From Octopus sinensis (taxonomy: Eukaryota), in contig NC_043023.1 in assembly GCF_006345805.1 (NCBI RefSeq), positions 7,936,001 through 8,000,000 on the forward strand: a stretch of DNA of 64,000 nt, read 5' to 3'. Made by a program: the position numbers and the translations under genes. Below, piece after piece: positions 10,205 through 22,879 of this stretch (positions are counted from its first letter, which is position 1; each line of letters starts with the position of its first letter). The notes beneath the pieces are model-generated. The model was not told where the DNA came from, made no database searches, and saw nothing but the letters and a program-made list of their open reading frames with translations.

Positions 10205-13040
10205 TGTTGTTTAACCCTCGGTCAATCCTGATTCAGTAGACCTATGGTCAAAGATGTTCCAGCTGTGACCATTCCATCTTTCATTCAGACATAGTTTATC
10301 TAAGACTACATTATCTAATGTACAGTATAGCAATTAGTGTAAAACTATGATCAAAGACGTTCCAGCTGTGACCATCCCATCTTTTATTCAGACATGGTGT
10401 ATCTTGAACTACAGTTTAGCAATTAGTGTAAGTGGCTTTAAGTGTTGTTTAACCTCATACCAGTTCTTACCAAGTATGATCAAAGACGTTCCAGCTGTGA
10501 CCATCCCATCTTTGATTCAGACACAGTGTATCTGGGACTACATTATCTGGTGTGTTTTTAATCTTTTGAAATTGTTGTTTAGCCCCAGGTCAGCTCTGAT
10601 CCAGCAGATCTATGATCAAAGACGTTCCATTTGTGACCATCCCATCTTTTATTCAGACATGGTGTATCTTGGACTACATAATCCAAAGTACAGTATAGCA
10701 ATTAGTGTAAGTGGCTTTAAGTGTTGTTTAACCTCATACCAGTTCTTACCCAGTAAACCTATGATCAAAGACGTTCCAGCTGTGACCATCCCATCTTTTA
10801 TTCAGACATAGTGTATCTGGGACTACATTATCCAAAGTACAGTATAGCAATTAGTGTAAGTGGCTTTAAGTGTTGTTTAACCTCATACCAGTTCTTACCC
10901 AGTAAACCTATGATCAAAGACATTCCAGCTGTGACCATCCCATCTTTTATTCAGACATGGTGTATCTAGGACTATATAATCCAAAGTACAGTATAGCAAT
11001 TAGTGTAAGTGGCTTTAAGTGTTGTTTAACCTCATACCAGTTCTTACCCAGTAGACCTATGATCAAAGACGTTCCAGCTGTGACCATCCCATCTTTTATT
11101 CAGACATGGTGTATCTTGGACTACATTATCCAAAGTACAGTATAGCAATTAGTGTAAGTGGCTTTAAGTATTGTTTAACCTCATACCAGTTCTTACCCAG
11201 TAAACCTATGATCAAAGACGTTCCAGCTGTGACCATCCCATCTTTTATTCAGACATAGTGTATCTGGGACTACATTATCCAAAGTACAGTATAGCAATTA
11301 GTGTAAGTGGCTTTAAGTGTTGTTTAACCTCATACCAGTTCTTACCCAGTAAACCTATGATCAAAGACATTCCAGCTGTGACCATCCCATCTTTTATTCA
11401 GACATGGTGTATCTAGGACTATATAATCCAAAGTACAGTATAGCAATTAGTGTAAGTGGCTTTAAGTGTTGTTTAACCTCATACCAGTTCTTACCCAGTA
11501 GACCTATGATCAAAGACGTTCCAGCTGTGACCATCCCATCTTTTATTCAGACATGGTGTATCTTGGACTACATTATCCAAAGTACAGTATAGCAATTAGT
11601 GTAAGTGGCTTTAAGTATTGTTTAACCTCATACCAGTTCTTACCCAGTAAACCTATGATCAAAGACGTTCCAGCTGTGACCATCCCATCTTTTATTCAGA
11701 CATAGTGTATCTTGGACTACATAATCCAAAGTACAGTATAGCAATTAGTGTAAGTGGCTTTAAGTGTTGTTTAACCTCATACCAGTTCTTACCCAGTAAA
11801 CCTATGATCAAAGACATTCCAGCTGTGACCATCCCATCTTTTATTCAGACATGGTGTATCTAGGACTATATAATCCAAAGTACAGTATAGCAATTAGTGT
11901 AAGTGGCTTTAAGTGTTGTTTAACCTCATACCAGTTCTTACCCAGTAGACCTATGATCAAAGACGTTCCAGCTGTGACCATCCCATCTTTTATTCAGACA
12001 TGGTGTATCTTGGACTACATTATCCAAAGTACAGTATAGCAATTAGTGTAAGTGGCTTTAAGTATTGTTTAACCTCATACCAGTTCTTACCCAGTAAACC
12101 TATGATCAAAGACGTTCCAGCTGTGACCATCCCATCTTTTATTCAGACATAGTGTATCTGGGACTACATTATCCAAAGTACAGTATAGCAATTAGTGTAA
12201 GTGGCTTTAAGTGTTGTTTAACCTCATACCAGTTCTTACCCAGTAAACCTATGATCAAAGACGTTCCAGCTGTGACCATCCCATCTTTTATCAGACATGG
12301 TGTATCTAGGACTACATTATCCAAAGTACAGTATAGCAATTAGTGTAAGTGGCTTTAAGTATTGTTTAACCTCATACCAGTTCTTACCCAGTAAACCTAT
12401 GATCAAAGACGTTCCAGCTGTGACCATCCCATCTTTTATTCAGACATGGTGTATCTTGGACTACATTATCCAAAGTACAGTATAGCAATTAGTGTAAGTG
12501 GCTTTAAGTGTTGTTTAACCTCATACCAGTTCTTACCCAGTAAACCTATGATCAAAGACGTTCCAGCTGTGACCATCCCATCTTTTATTCAGACATGGTG
12601 TATCTTGGACTACATTATCCAAAGTACAGTATAGCAATTAGTGTAAGTGGCTTTAAGTGTTGTTTAACCTCATACCAGTTCTTACCCAGTAAACCTATGA
12701 TCAAAGACGTTCCAGCTGTGACCATCCCATCTTTTATCAGACATGGTGTATCTAGGACTACATTATCCAAAGTACAGTATAGCAATTAGTGTAAGTGGCT
12801 TTAAGTGTTGTTTAACCTCATACCAGTTCTTACCCAGTAAACCTATGATCAAAGACGTTCCAGCTGTGACCATCCCATCTTTTATTCAGACATGGTGTAT
12901 CTAGGACTACATAATCTAAAGTACAGTATAGCAATTAGTGTAAGTGGCTTTAAGTGTTGTTTAACCTCATACCAGTTCTTACCCAGTAAATCTATGATCG
13001 AAGACGTTCCAGCTGTGACCATCCCATCTTTTATTCAAAC
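10205..13040. repeat. 149-bp satellite (~16 homogeneous units from ~10610, degenerate precursors before that) with a 447-bp (3-mer) higher-order repeat
   Basis: Unit CCTATGATCAAAGACGTTCCAGCTGTGACC...CCCAGTAAA; identical variant ORFs at 10957, 11404 and 11851 give the 447-bp period. Confidence 0.95.
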
Positions 13041-13054
13041 TATATCTGAATCAA

Positions 13055-13890
13055 TGTTAGCACACAAGGCAAAATGCTTAGCGGTATTTCGTCTGTCTTT
13101 ACATTCTGAGTTTAAATTCCTCCGAGGTCAACTTTGCCTTTCATCCTTTTGGGATCGATTAAATAAGTACCATTTACGCACTGGGGGTCAATATAATCGA
13201 CTTAATCCGTTTGTCTATCCTTGTTTGTCCTCCCTGTATTTAGCCCCTTGTTGGTAGTAAAGAAATAGGTATTTCGTCTGTCACTATGTTCTGGGTTCAA
13301 ATTCCGCCAAGGTCGACTTTGCCTTTCATCCTTTCGGGGTTGATAAATTAAGTACCAGTTATGCACTGAGGTTGATGTAATCGATTTAATCCATTTGTCT
13401 GTCCTTGTTTGTCCCCTCTATTTTTAGCCCCTTGTGGGCAATAAACAAATAAGAATTGTTAGCACTCCAGGCGAAATGCTTATCGGTATTTCATCTGCTG
13501 TTACATTCTGAGTTCAAATTCTGCCAAGGTCGACTTTGCCTTTCATCCTTTCGGGGTTGATAAATTAAGTGCCAGTTATGCACTGGGGTTGATGTAATCG
13601 ACTGAACCCCCTTGTCTGTCCTTGTTTGTCCCCTCTATATTTAGCCCCTTGTGGGCAATAAAGAAATAAATATTTAAGGCAGTGAGCTAGCAGAAACATT
13701 AAGCACGCCAGACAAAATATTTAGCGCTTTTTCGTCTGTCTTTACGTTCTGAGTAAATGTAGATTTTTGCCTGTCATCCTTTCGGAGTTGATAAATTAAG
13801 TACCAGTTGCATACTGGAGTCGATCTAATCAGCTGGTCCCCACCGCCTCCCCCAAAATTTTGGGCCTTGTGCCTGGAGTAGAAATTATTA
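13055..13890 (+). mobile_element. Tandem cluster of four SINE S2 bodies
   Basis: Repeated GGTATTTCGTCTG...GAGTTCAAATTC...CTTTCATCCTTTCGGGGTTGATAAATTAAGTACCAG; head AGCTAGCAGAAACATTAAGC at ~13685. Confidence 0.8.
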
Positions 13891-13954
13891 TCTATTATCA
13901 AATCAAAAAAATCAAAAATTCAAATCAGAAAATCAAAAATGAAAAAATCAAAAA

Positions 13955-14445
13955 TCAAAATTGATCAACATGAATGGAAATTGTCGCTGTGATATCAGTG
14001 CTGGTGGCACATAAGAGAACCATCCGAATGTGGCCGTTGCCAGTGCCGCCCTGACTGGCTTCCGTGCCGGTGGCACGTAAAAAGCACCATCCGATCGTGG
14101 CCGTTGCCAGCCTCACCTGGCCTCCGTGCCGGTGGCACGTAAAAAGCACCATCCAATCGTGGCCGTTGCCAGCCTCGCCTGGCCTCTGTGCCGGTGGCAC
14201 GTAAAAAGCACCATCCGACCGTGGCCGTTTGCCAGACTTGTCTGGCACCTGTGCAGGTAGCACGTAAAAAGCAGCCACTACACTCATGGAGTGGTTGGCG
14301 TTAGGAAGGGCATCCAGCTGTAGAAACATTGCCAGATCAGACTGGGCCTGGTGCAGCCTTCTGGCTTCCCAGACCCCAGTTGCACTGTCCAACCCATGCC
14401 AGTATGGAAAGCGGACGCTAAACGATGATGATGATGATGATGATG
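13955..14445 (+). mobile_element. RTE LINE 3' UTR with ~60-bp internal subrepeats and (ATG)n tail
   Basis: Collinear with 53165-53502, downstream of the RTE ORF. Confidence 0.8.
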
Positions 14446-14562
14446 CGCTGTTTTATCATTTCCACAATTGAAGAAGAGATAGTCCCAAATCTAAAGCACA
14501 ACTGAAACCCCTGTTAGACAAGCTTCATCAGCCCTTTTACAGCAGTAATCAAATATGTGTCT

Positions 14563-14783
14563 TTGCTACCCACAAGGGGATAAACACAGAGGAGATTAAC
14601 AAGGACAGACAGATTAAGTCGATTATATCGACTCCAGTGTGTAACTGGTACTTAATTTATCGACCCCGAAAGGATGAAAGGCAAAGTCGACCTCGGCAGA
14701 ATTTGAACTCAGAGCGTAACAGCAGACAAAATACTGATAAGCATTTCGCCCAGCAATGCTAACGATTCTGCCAGCTCGCCGCC
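14563..14783 (-). mobile_element. SINE S2, near full length
   Basis: Head GGCGGCGAGCTGGCAGAATCGTTAGC on the minus strand at ~14783. Confidence 0.85.
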
Positions 14784-14805
14784 TTAATAATATAATAATA
14801 ATATA

Positions 14806-14841
<36 letters not shown>

Positions 14842-14842
14842 C

Positions 14843-14886
<44 letters not shown>

Positions 14887-15019
14887 TAACAACAACAACA
14901 ACAACAACAACAACAATAATAATAATAATAATAATAATAACAATAATAATAATAATGATGATAATAATAATAATAATAATAATAGTAATAATAATAACAA
15001 TAATAATAATAATAATAAT
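14784..15019. repeat. (AAT)n/(AAC)n microsatellite, probably the expanded tail of the adjacent CR1 LINE
   Basis: Visible trinucleotide run abutting the CR1 3' end. Confidence 0.9.
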
Positions 15020-15605
15020 GAAATTATTGTATCCAGTGCTCAGGTGCACCACAACTTGTCAGAAAGTGCGTATAAAGCATATGCAGTAATGTACAAATGT
15101 CTGGGAAGTGAACAGTGTATGAGTCAGATACATGCTTGCATGTGTATGGAGGGGAGAAAATCAGGTGTAGTGTTGGCGAATCTCAGGAAGCATGGAAGTT
15201 TTGATGGATGCAGTGCTCCGACAACTAACAACTGATGCCGGCAGTTTGTTCCATGCTTCAGCAACTCTTAGTGTGAAAAAATGTTTCCGAAAGTCATGGG
15301 AGCTGTGCTGTTTTCTGACTTTGTAAATATGTCCACGGGTGTTAGACAGGTGAAGTTTGAAAAGGTGCTCAGAGTTATTGTTTGTAAGATGGTTAATAAT
15401 TTTATGGGTGTCTGCCAAGTCAGCTGCCAGTCGTCGGAGTTTCAATGCATCCATGCCCAGGGAAGTAAGGCGTTCAGAATATGGCAAATGCCTAATGGAG
15501 GGTATTCTGTTGGTTGCACATCGCTGAACAGCTTTCAGACGATTAATATCCTGGGCAAGATAGGGATTCCCAACAAGTGATGCAAATTCCAGGAGAGGTC
15601 TTACC
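15020..15605 (-). mobile_element. CR1-clade LINE 3' fragment
   Basis: VRPLLEFAS...LPYSERL..L...LRRL..DL...TRGH.YK...RKHFFTLRVAEAWNKLPASVV is the typical CR1 ORF2 C-terminus. Confidence 0.9.
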
Positions 15606-15899
15606 ATAGCTGTATTTGCAGTAATCAAATATGTCCACTCAATATTCCATTGCCTTTAACTGCAGAAAACAATTTTATACACCATTCTATCTTTTGTTGA
15701 GGAATGTCATGTTTGGAATTATTTTCTGCTGAGAAATGTCAAGTTTATAGAGGCAACATGACTGACAGAAAATACCAGTTCTATTTTTGGAGAAGATATT
15801 TAACATCACTGCTAGAATAGTCAGAAAATTAAATTTTACAGTTAAAGGTTTAATACAGTCATCTGAGATTTGAGGGAGATTTTGTTGCTATTTCTAACA

Positions 15900-16050
15900 A
15901 ATAACTATTTACATTATTTACATTTGACAGATATTTGTCCTCATCTTGTTTGTTGTTAACACAACATTTTGGCTGATATACCCTCCAGCCTTCATCAGGT
16001 GTCTTGGGGAAATTTCGAACCTGGGTTCTCATTCCCAAGGTATTTTTCGA

Positions 16051-16052
<2 letters not shown>
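15900..16052 (-). mobile_element. Penelope-like fragment with a degenerate hammerhead motif (15959-16002)
   Basis: Minus strand ACAC-CUGAUGA-A-GGCUG-(10 nt)-CAGCC-AAAAU-GUU-GUGU; GAAAC appears to have decayed to AAAAU. Confidence 0.55.
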
Positions 16053-16101
<49 letters not shown>

Positions 16102-16620
16102 CATTACTGAGTGTGAGAGCAGTGCATGTCATCAAAGTGGCACTAGGGTAAAATATACGAAGCCCAGTGTACCCGTCACAACCATATGTGCGCAACATGG
16201 TGATTTCATATCAAGATAAACAGCACATGACCTTGCAGGTGGGGGCCCAGTTAGAATTTTCTTCTGGTCGAGTAGCCCATCCCACTCAAAAGATCCCTGA
16301 ATAAGGGTTGTTTAAGGATGTTGAACGAAACACCCATATTTCCGGAGGTAAATTATCCAAACCCCAAAGAATCCCTCTCAACACATGGCTATCATGCACC
16401 CCACTACTTCTGCTCGTGATCAGAGATGCACATATCGTCAGTCACTAAGGGACATGCTCAACTGGTTAAGGTCAAACAACTGACAAGCAAATCTGTGGTA
16501 TTGAACAGAATATTTGCTGTAGCCCATCTTTTATACCAAGACAAAACAATGTACATGATAACACTTCCAATCAGTTAAGATCAGAAGCCATGAGAGCCAC
16601 TGCCTGGTACTGCATCAGGG
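16053..16620 (-). mobile_element. Unclassified retroposon-like segment with a (TAA)n tail
   Basis: (TTA)n run at 16053-16106 followed by a higher-GC body with no long ORF; family not assigned. Confidence 0.4.
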
Positions 16621-16975
16621 AATAACTGGTACTTAATTTATTGACCCTGAAAGGATGAAAGGCAAAGTTGACCTCGGTGGAATTTGAACTCAGAATGTAA
16701 CAGCAAACGAAATACCATTAAGCATTTCGTCCGGCGTTCTAACATTTCTTATTTCTTTATTGCCCACAAGGGGCTAAACACAGAGGGGACAAACAAGGAC
16801 AGACAAACAGATTAAGTCGATTACATTTACCCCAGTGTGTTAACTGATACTTAATTTATCGACCTCGAAAGGATGAAAGACAAAGTCGACCTTGGTGGAA
16901 TTTGAACTCAGAACGTAACGGCAGACAAAATACCGCTAAGCATTTCACCCGGCGTGCTAACATTTCTGCCAGTTC
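16621..16975 (-). mobile_element. Two tandem SINE S2 bodies
   Basis: Two copies of GAAAGGATGAAAG.CAAAGT.GACCT.GG.GGAATTTGAACTCAG. Confidence 0.8.
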
Positions 16976-17114
16976 AACGCTTTGTTTGAAGATATTTCTG
17001 CTGAGAAATGTCATGTTGAGGCAACATGACTTTCAGAAAATACCAGTTCTATTTTGGGGAAGATATTTAACATCATTACTGATATAACCGTGAAATTTGG
17101 CAGTGAAAGGGTTA

Positions 17115-17334
17115 CGCTTTAGCATTTAAACTGTCCCTCTCCAGCCAAAATATTCTACCTTTTTTATGATGAAACTGGCCGCATCCAGTCTCTCATGCTT
17201 ACTCTACAATGTCATTCTAAAAATAAACAATTGCATCATAGAAGCCTCAAAGCTACAAGATAATACCTGATGAATACAAAACAATGGAAATAAATAGGCA
17301 TTACATTTGATGAAGTTGTCTGATTGCTAAAGGG
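17115..17334. mobile_element. piggyBac-like MITE
   Basis: Right end TGCTAAAGGG followed by TTAA; degenerate left end TTA-CGCTTTAGCA. Confidence 0.55.
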
Positions 17335-17444
17335 TTAAGACATTAATCTCAGATTTAAGAGAAATCTGACTGCTATTTTTAACAAATTAAGGGCTACGTT
17401 ATTTAATGCAATTAGCCTTTTTTAATGAGGAAATCAGATATGTC

Positions 17445-18189
17445 TGTAGTGGATCTTGCATGCATGAAGTGGATTTGATCCACCACAGCCAAATTTAAAT
17501 TAACACTGCAACAGAACTTTTCCCATGATGGAACAATGGTTTTTCTCTGACAGCAGTTTTACATTTTCCAGATGCTTTTAGCTAGGCCATAATAATGTCT
17601 TCACCACTTGACCCTTTCTAACCTCTTCTACTTCACCAAAAGCTAGAATAGAGATAACAAGATCACCAACTAAATCTATTGTTCTCAATGATATATCTAT
17701 CCTTCTGGATAGTTATATAAGCAAGCATACCCCAAGCAAAAATCAGTTAGTCACCAGTCGGTGACAAACACAGTGAAAACGTAGTCTAGCTGACCAGCTA
17801 AAGCTTTGGTCAGAGGGAGAAATGAAGTTTACTGTCAGCAGCTTGAGACAACACCCTACAATTCTCACTAGCTTTAATTCTGTTCTCTTACAACATTATT
17901 CTATCTGTCTCAGCAATTACTACTAAACAATGAAGAGGACACAAACACAATCTTTACTTCACATGCTTTTAGATTTATCATAACCTACCCGTCGAGGCAA
18001 CGTATAGTAACGTAACGGTAAATAAATACTTTCTTAAAACTTCATGCATTGTTCAACTTTCACATCTTACAGTAAACACATATGGCAACAAATATATTGT
18101 TTACCAATCAATTTCTCCCGTCACAAACTGGTGACCCTCAACTTCAATTAAAAACTTTATTGTTACAAATCCACTTTCTAGCCGTTACA
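17445..18189 (+). mobile_element. LTR-retrotransposon remnant (LTR, PBS and the end of a second LTR)
   Basis: TGTAGTGG...CCGTTACA ends; 4-bp TSD TGTC (17441-17444 and 18190-18193); AATAAA at ~18021; CCGTCACA-AAC-TGGTGACCC PBS-like junction at ~18117-18137. Confidence 0.55.
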
Positions 18190-18353
18190 TGTCTATTCAA
18201 TGTTTAGCTAGCCTTAACTGCAGAAAGCAGTTTAATACACCAATATGACTTTTGCTGAGGAACATCATGTTTGAAACTATTTCCTCTTGAGACATACCAA
18301 GTTTATTGAAGCAACATGACTTGCAGATAATGCCAATTCTACATTTTGGTAGA

Positions 18354-21300
18354 TACTCTTTACTCTTTTACTTGTTTCAGTTATTTGACTGCGGTCATGC
18401 TGGAGCACTGCCTTTAGTCGAGCAAATTGACCCCAGGACTTAAATAATGATAATACTCTCTCTTTTACTTGTTTCAGTCATTTGACTGCTGTCATGCTGG
18501 AGCACTGCCTTTAGTCGAGCAAATTGACCCCAGGACTTAAATAATGATAATACTCTCTCTTTTACTTGTTTCAGTCATTTGACTGCGGTCATGCTGGAGC
18601 ACTGCCTTTAGTCGAGCAAATTGTCCTCAGGACTTAAATAATGATAATACTCTCTCTTTTACTTGTTTCAGTCATTTGACTGCGGCCATGCTGGAGCACT
18701 GCCTTTAGTTGAGCAAATTGACCCCAGGACTTAAATAATGATAATACTCTCTCTTTTACTTGTTTCAGTCATATGACTGCGGTCATGCTGGAGCACTGCC
18801 TTTAGTCGAGCAAATTGTCCTCAGGACTTAAATAATAATACTCTCTCTTTTACTTGTTTCAGTCATTTGACTGCGGCCATGCTGGAGCACTGCCTTTAGT
18901 TGAGCAAATTGACCCCAGGACTTAAATAATGATAATACTCTCTCTTTTACTTGTTTCAGTCATTTGACTGCGGTCATGCTGGAGCACTGCCATTAGTCGA
19001 GCAAATTGTCCTCAGGACTTAAATAATGATAATACTCTCTCTTTTACTTGTTTCAGTCATTTGACAGCGGTCATGCTGGAGCACTGCCTTTAGTCGAGCA
19101 AATTGTCCTCAGGACTTAAATAATGATAATACTCTCTCTTTTACTTGTTTCAGTCATTTGACTGCGGTCATGCTGGAGCACTGCCTTTAGTTGAGCAAAT
19201 TGTCCTCAGGACTTAAATAATGATAATACTCTCTCTTTTACTTGTTTCAGTCATTTGACTGCGGCCATGCTGGAGCACTGCCTTTAGTTGAGCAAATTGA
19301 CCCCAGGACTTAAATAATGATAATACTCTCTCTTTTACTTGTTTCAGTCATTTGACTGCGGTCATGCTGGAGCACTGCCATTAGTCGAGCAAATTGTCCT
19401 CAGGACTTAAATAATGATAATACTCTCTCTTTTACTTGTTTCAGTCATTTGACAGCGGTCATGCTGGAGCACTGCCTTTAGTCGAGCAAATTGTCCTCAG
19501 GACTTAAATAATGATAATACTCTCTCTTTTACTTGTTTCAGTCATTTGACAGCGGTCATGCTGGAGCACTGCCTTTAGTTGAGCAAATTGACCCCAGGAC
19601 TTAAATAATGATAATACTCTCTCTTTTACTTGTTTCAGTCATTTGACTGCGGTCATGCTGGAGCACTGCCATTAGTCGAGCAAATTGTCCTCAGGACTTA
19701 AATAATGATAATACTCTCTCTTTTACTTGTTTCAGTCATTTGACAGCGGTCATGCTGGAGCACTGCCTTTAGTCGAGCAAATTGTCCTCAGGACTTAAAT
19801 AATGATAATACTCTCTCTTTTACTTGTTTCAGTCATTTGACTGCGGTCATGCTGGAGCACTGCCTTTAGTTGAGCAAATTGTCCTCAGGACTTAAATAAT
19901 GATAATACTCTCTCTTTTACTTGTTTCAGTTATTTGACAGCGGTCATGCTGGAGCACTGCCATTAGTCGAGCAAATTGTCCTCAGGACTTAAATAATGAT
20001 AATACTCTCTCTTTTACTTGTTTCAGTCATTTGACTGCGGTCATGCTGGAGCACTGCCTTTAGTTGAGCAAATTGACCCCAGGACTTAAATAATGATAAT
20101 ACTCTCTCTTTTACTTGTTTCAGTTATTTGACAGCGGTCATGCTGGAGCACTGCCATTAGTCGAGCAAATTGTCCTCAGGACTTAAATAATGATAATACT
20201 CTCTCTTTTACTTGTTTCAGTCATTTGACTGCGGTCATGCTGGAGCACTGCCTTTAGTTGAGCAAATTGTCCTCAGGACTTAAATAATGATAATACTCTC
20301 TCTTTTACTTGTTTCAGTTATTTGACAGCGGTCATGCTGGAGCACTGCCATTAGTCGAGCAAATTGTCCTCAGGACTTAAATAATGATAATACTCTCTCT
20401 TTTACTTGTTTCAGTCATTTGACTGCGGTCATGCTGGAGCACTGCCTTTAGTTGAGCAAATTGACCCCAGGACTTAAATAATGATAATACTCTCTCTTTT
20501 ACTTGTTTCAGTTATTTGACAGCGGTCATGCTGGAGCACTGCCATTAGTCGAGCAAATTGTCCTCAGGACTTAAATAATGATAATACTCTCTCTTTTACT
20601 TGTTTCAGTCATTTGACTGCGGTCATGCTGGAGCACTGCCTTTAGTTGAGCAAATTGACCCCAGGACTTAAATAATGATAATACTCTCTCTTTTACTTGT
20701 TTCAGTTATTTGACAGCGGTCATGCTGGAGCACTGCCATTAGTCGAGCAAATTGTCCTCAGGACTTAAATAATGATAATACTCTCTCTTTTACTTGTTTC
20801 AGTCATTTGACAGCGGCCATGCTGGAGCACTGCCTTTAGTCGAGCAAATTGTCCTCAGGACTTAAAAAAATGATAATACTCTCTCTTTTACTTGTTTCAG
20901 TCATTTGACAGCGGCCATGCTGGAGCACTGCCTTTAGTCGAGCAAATTGTCCTCAGGACTTAAATAATGATAATACTCTCTCTTTTACTGGTTTCAGTCA
21001 TTTGACTGCAGCCATGCTGGAGCACTGCCTTTAGTCGAGCAAATTGTCCTCAGGACTTAAATAATGATAATACTCTCTCTTTTACTTGTTTCAGTCATTT
21101 GACAGCGGCCATGCTGGAGCACTGCCTTTAGTCGAGCAAATTGTCCTCAGGACTTAAATAATGATAATACTCTCTCTTTTACTTGTTTCAGTCATTTGAC
21201 TGCGGCCATGCTGGAGCACTGCCTTTAGTCGAGCAAATTGTCCTCAGGACTTAAATAATGATAATACTCTCTCTTTTACTTGTTTCAGTCATTTGACTGC

Positions 21301-22320
21301 GGTCATGCTGGAGCACTGCCTTTAGTCGAGCAAATTGTCCTCAGGACTTAAATAATGATAATACTCTCTCTTTTACTTGTTTCAGTCATTTGACAGCGGC
21401 CATGCTGGAGCACTGCCTTTAGTCGAGCAAATTGTCCTCAGGACTTAAATAATGATAATACTCTCTCTTTTACTTGTTTCAGTCATTTGACAGCGGCCAT
21501 GCTGGAGCACTGCCTTTAGTCGAGCAAATTGTCCTCAGGACTTAAATAATGATAATACTCTCTCTTTTACTTGTTTCAGTCATTTGACTGCGGTCATGCT
21601 GGAGCACTGCCTTTAGTCGAGCAAATTGTCCTCAGGACTTAAATAATGATAATACTCTCTCTTTTACTTGTTTCAGTCATTTGACTGCGGTCATGCTAGA
21701 GCACTGCCTTTAGTCGAGCAAATTGTCCTCAGGACTTAAATAATGATAATACTCTCTCTTTTACTTGTTTCAGTCATTTGACTGCGGTCATGCTGGAGCA
21801 CCGCCTTTAGTTGAGCAAATTGACTCCAAGACTTAAATAATGAAAATACTCTCTCTTTTACTTGTTTCAGTCATTTGACTGCGGTCATGCTGGAGCACTG
21901 CCTTTAGTCGAGCAAATTGTCCTCAGGACTTAAATAATGATAATACTCTCTCTTTTACTTGTTTCAGTCATTTGACTGCGGTCATGCTAGAGCACTGCCT
22001 TTAGTCGAGCAAATTGTCCTCAGGACTTAAATAATGATAATACTCTCTCTTTTACTTGTTTCAGTCATTTGACTGCGGTCATGCTGGAGCACCGCCTTTA
22101 GTTGAGCAAATTGACTCCAAGACTTAAATAATGAAAATACTCTCTCTTTTACTGGTTTCAGTCATTTGACTGCGGCCATGCTGGAGCACTGCCTTTAGTC
22201 GAGCAAATTGTCCTCAGGACTTAAATAATGATAATACTCTCTCTTTTACTTGTTTCAGTCATTTGACTGCGGCCATGCTGGAGCACCGCCTTTAGTCGAG
22301 CAAATCGACCCCAGGACTTA
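18354..22320. repeat. 97-bp satellite (~41 units) derived from the 3' end of SINE S1
   Basis: Unit TACTCTCTCTTTTACTTGTTTCAGTCATTTGACTGCGGTCATGCTGGAGCACTGCCTTTAGTCGAGCAAATTGTCCTCAGGACTTAAATAATGATAA; the last unit continues into an intact SINE. Confidence 0.95.
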
Positions 22321-22618
22321 TTCTTTGTAAGCCTAGTACTTATTCTATCAGTCTATTTTGCCAAACCGCTAAGTTACAGGGACGTAAACACACCAGCATC
22401 AGTTGTCAAGCAATGTTGGAGGGACAAACACAGACACACACACATACATATATACACATATACGATGGGCTTCTTTCAGTTTCCGTCTACCAAATCCACT
22501 CACAAGGCTTTGGTCGGCCTGAGGCTATAGCAGAAGACACTTGCCCATGGTGCCACACAGTGGGGCTGAACCCAGAACCATGTGGTTGGTAAGCAAGCTA
22601 CTTACCACACAGCCACTC
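22235..22618 (-). mobile_element. SINE S1, near full length (probable seed of the 97-bp satellite)
   Basis: Collinear with 7143-7545. Confidence 0.9.
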
Positions 22619-22879
22619 TTTATTAGAATAACCATGAAAATTAATTTTGCATTGTAAAAGTTAACCTTGGATTCGAGTGAGATTTGGCTGCTATTTTTAA
22701 CAAATTAAGGACTACATTATTTAATATAATTGTCTTTTTTACTGCTGAAATCAGTTTTATCCAATCAAAATTTCATTACCCTTAACTGCAGAAAGTAGTT
22801 TTATATTTCAATGTCCCTTTAGTTGAGGAATGTTTTATGTGAAACTGTTTTCCCTTGAATTAGAAAATACTAAACCTAT

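Noticed and set aside
10347-13257. Series of 62-154-aa ORFs
   Set aside because: They are incidental frames through the 149-bp satellite; the unit is not a multiple of 3.
14623-15052. Poly-Leu and poly-Ile ORFs
   Set aside because: They come from the (AAT)n microsatellite.
18354-22320. CRISPR-like array
   Set aside because: Units are near-identical with no unique spacers, there are no cas genes, and the unit is a SINE tail.
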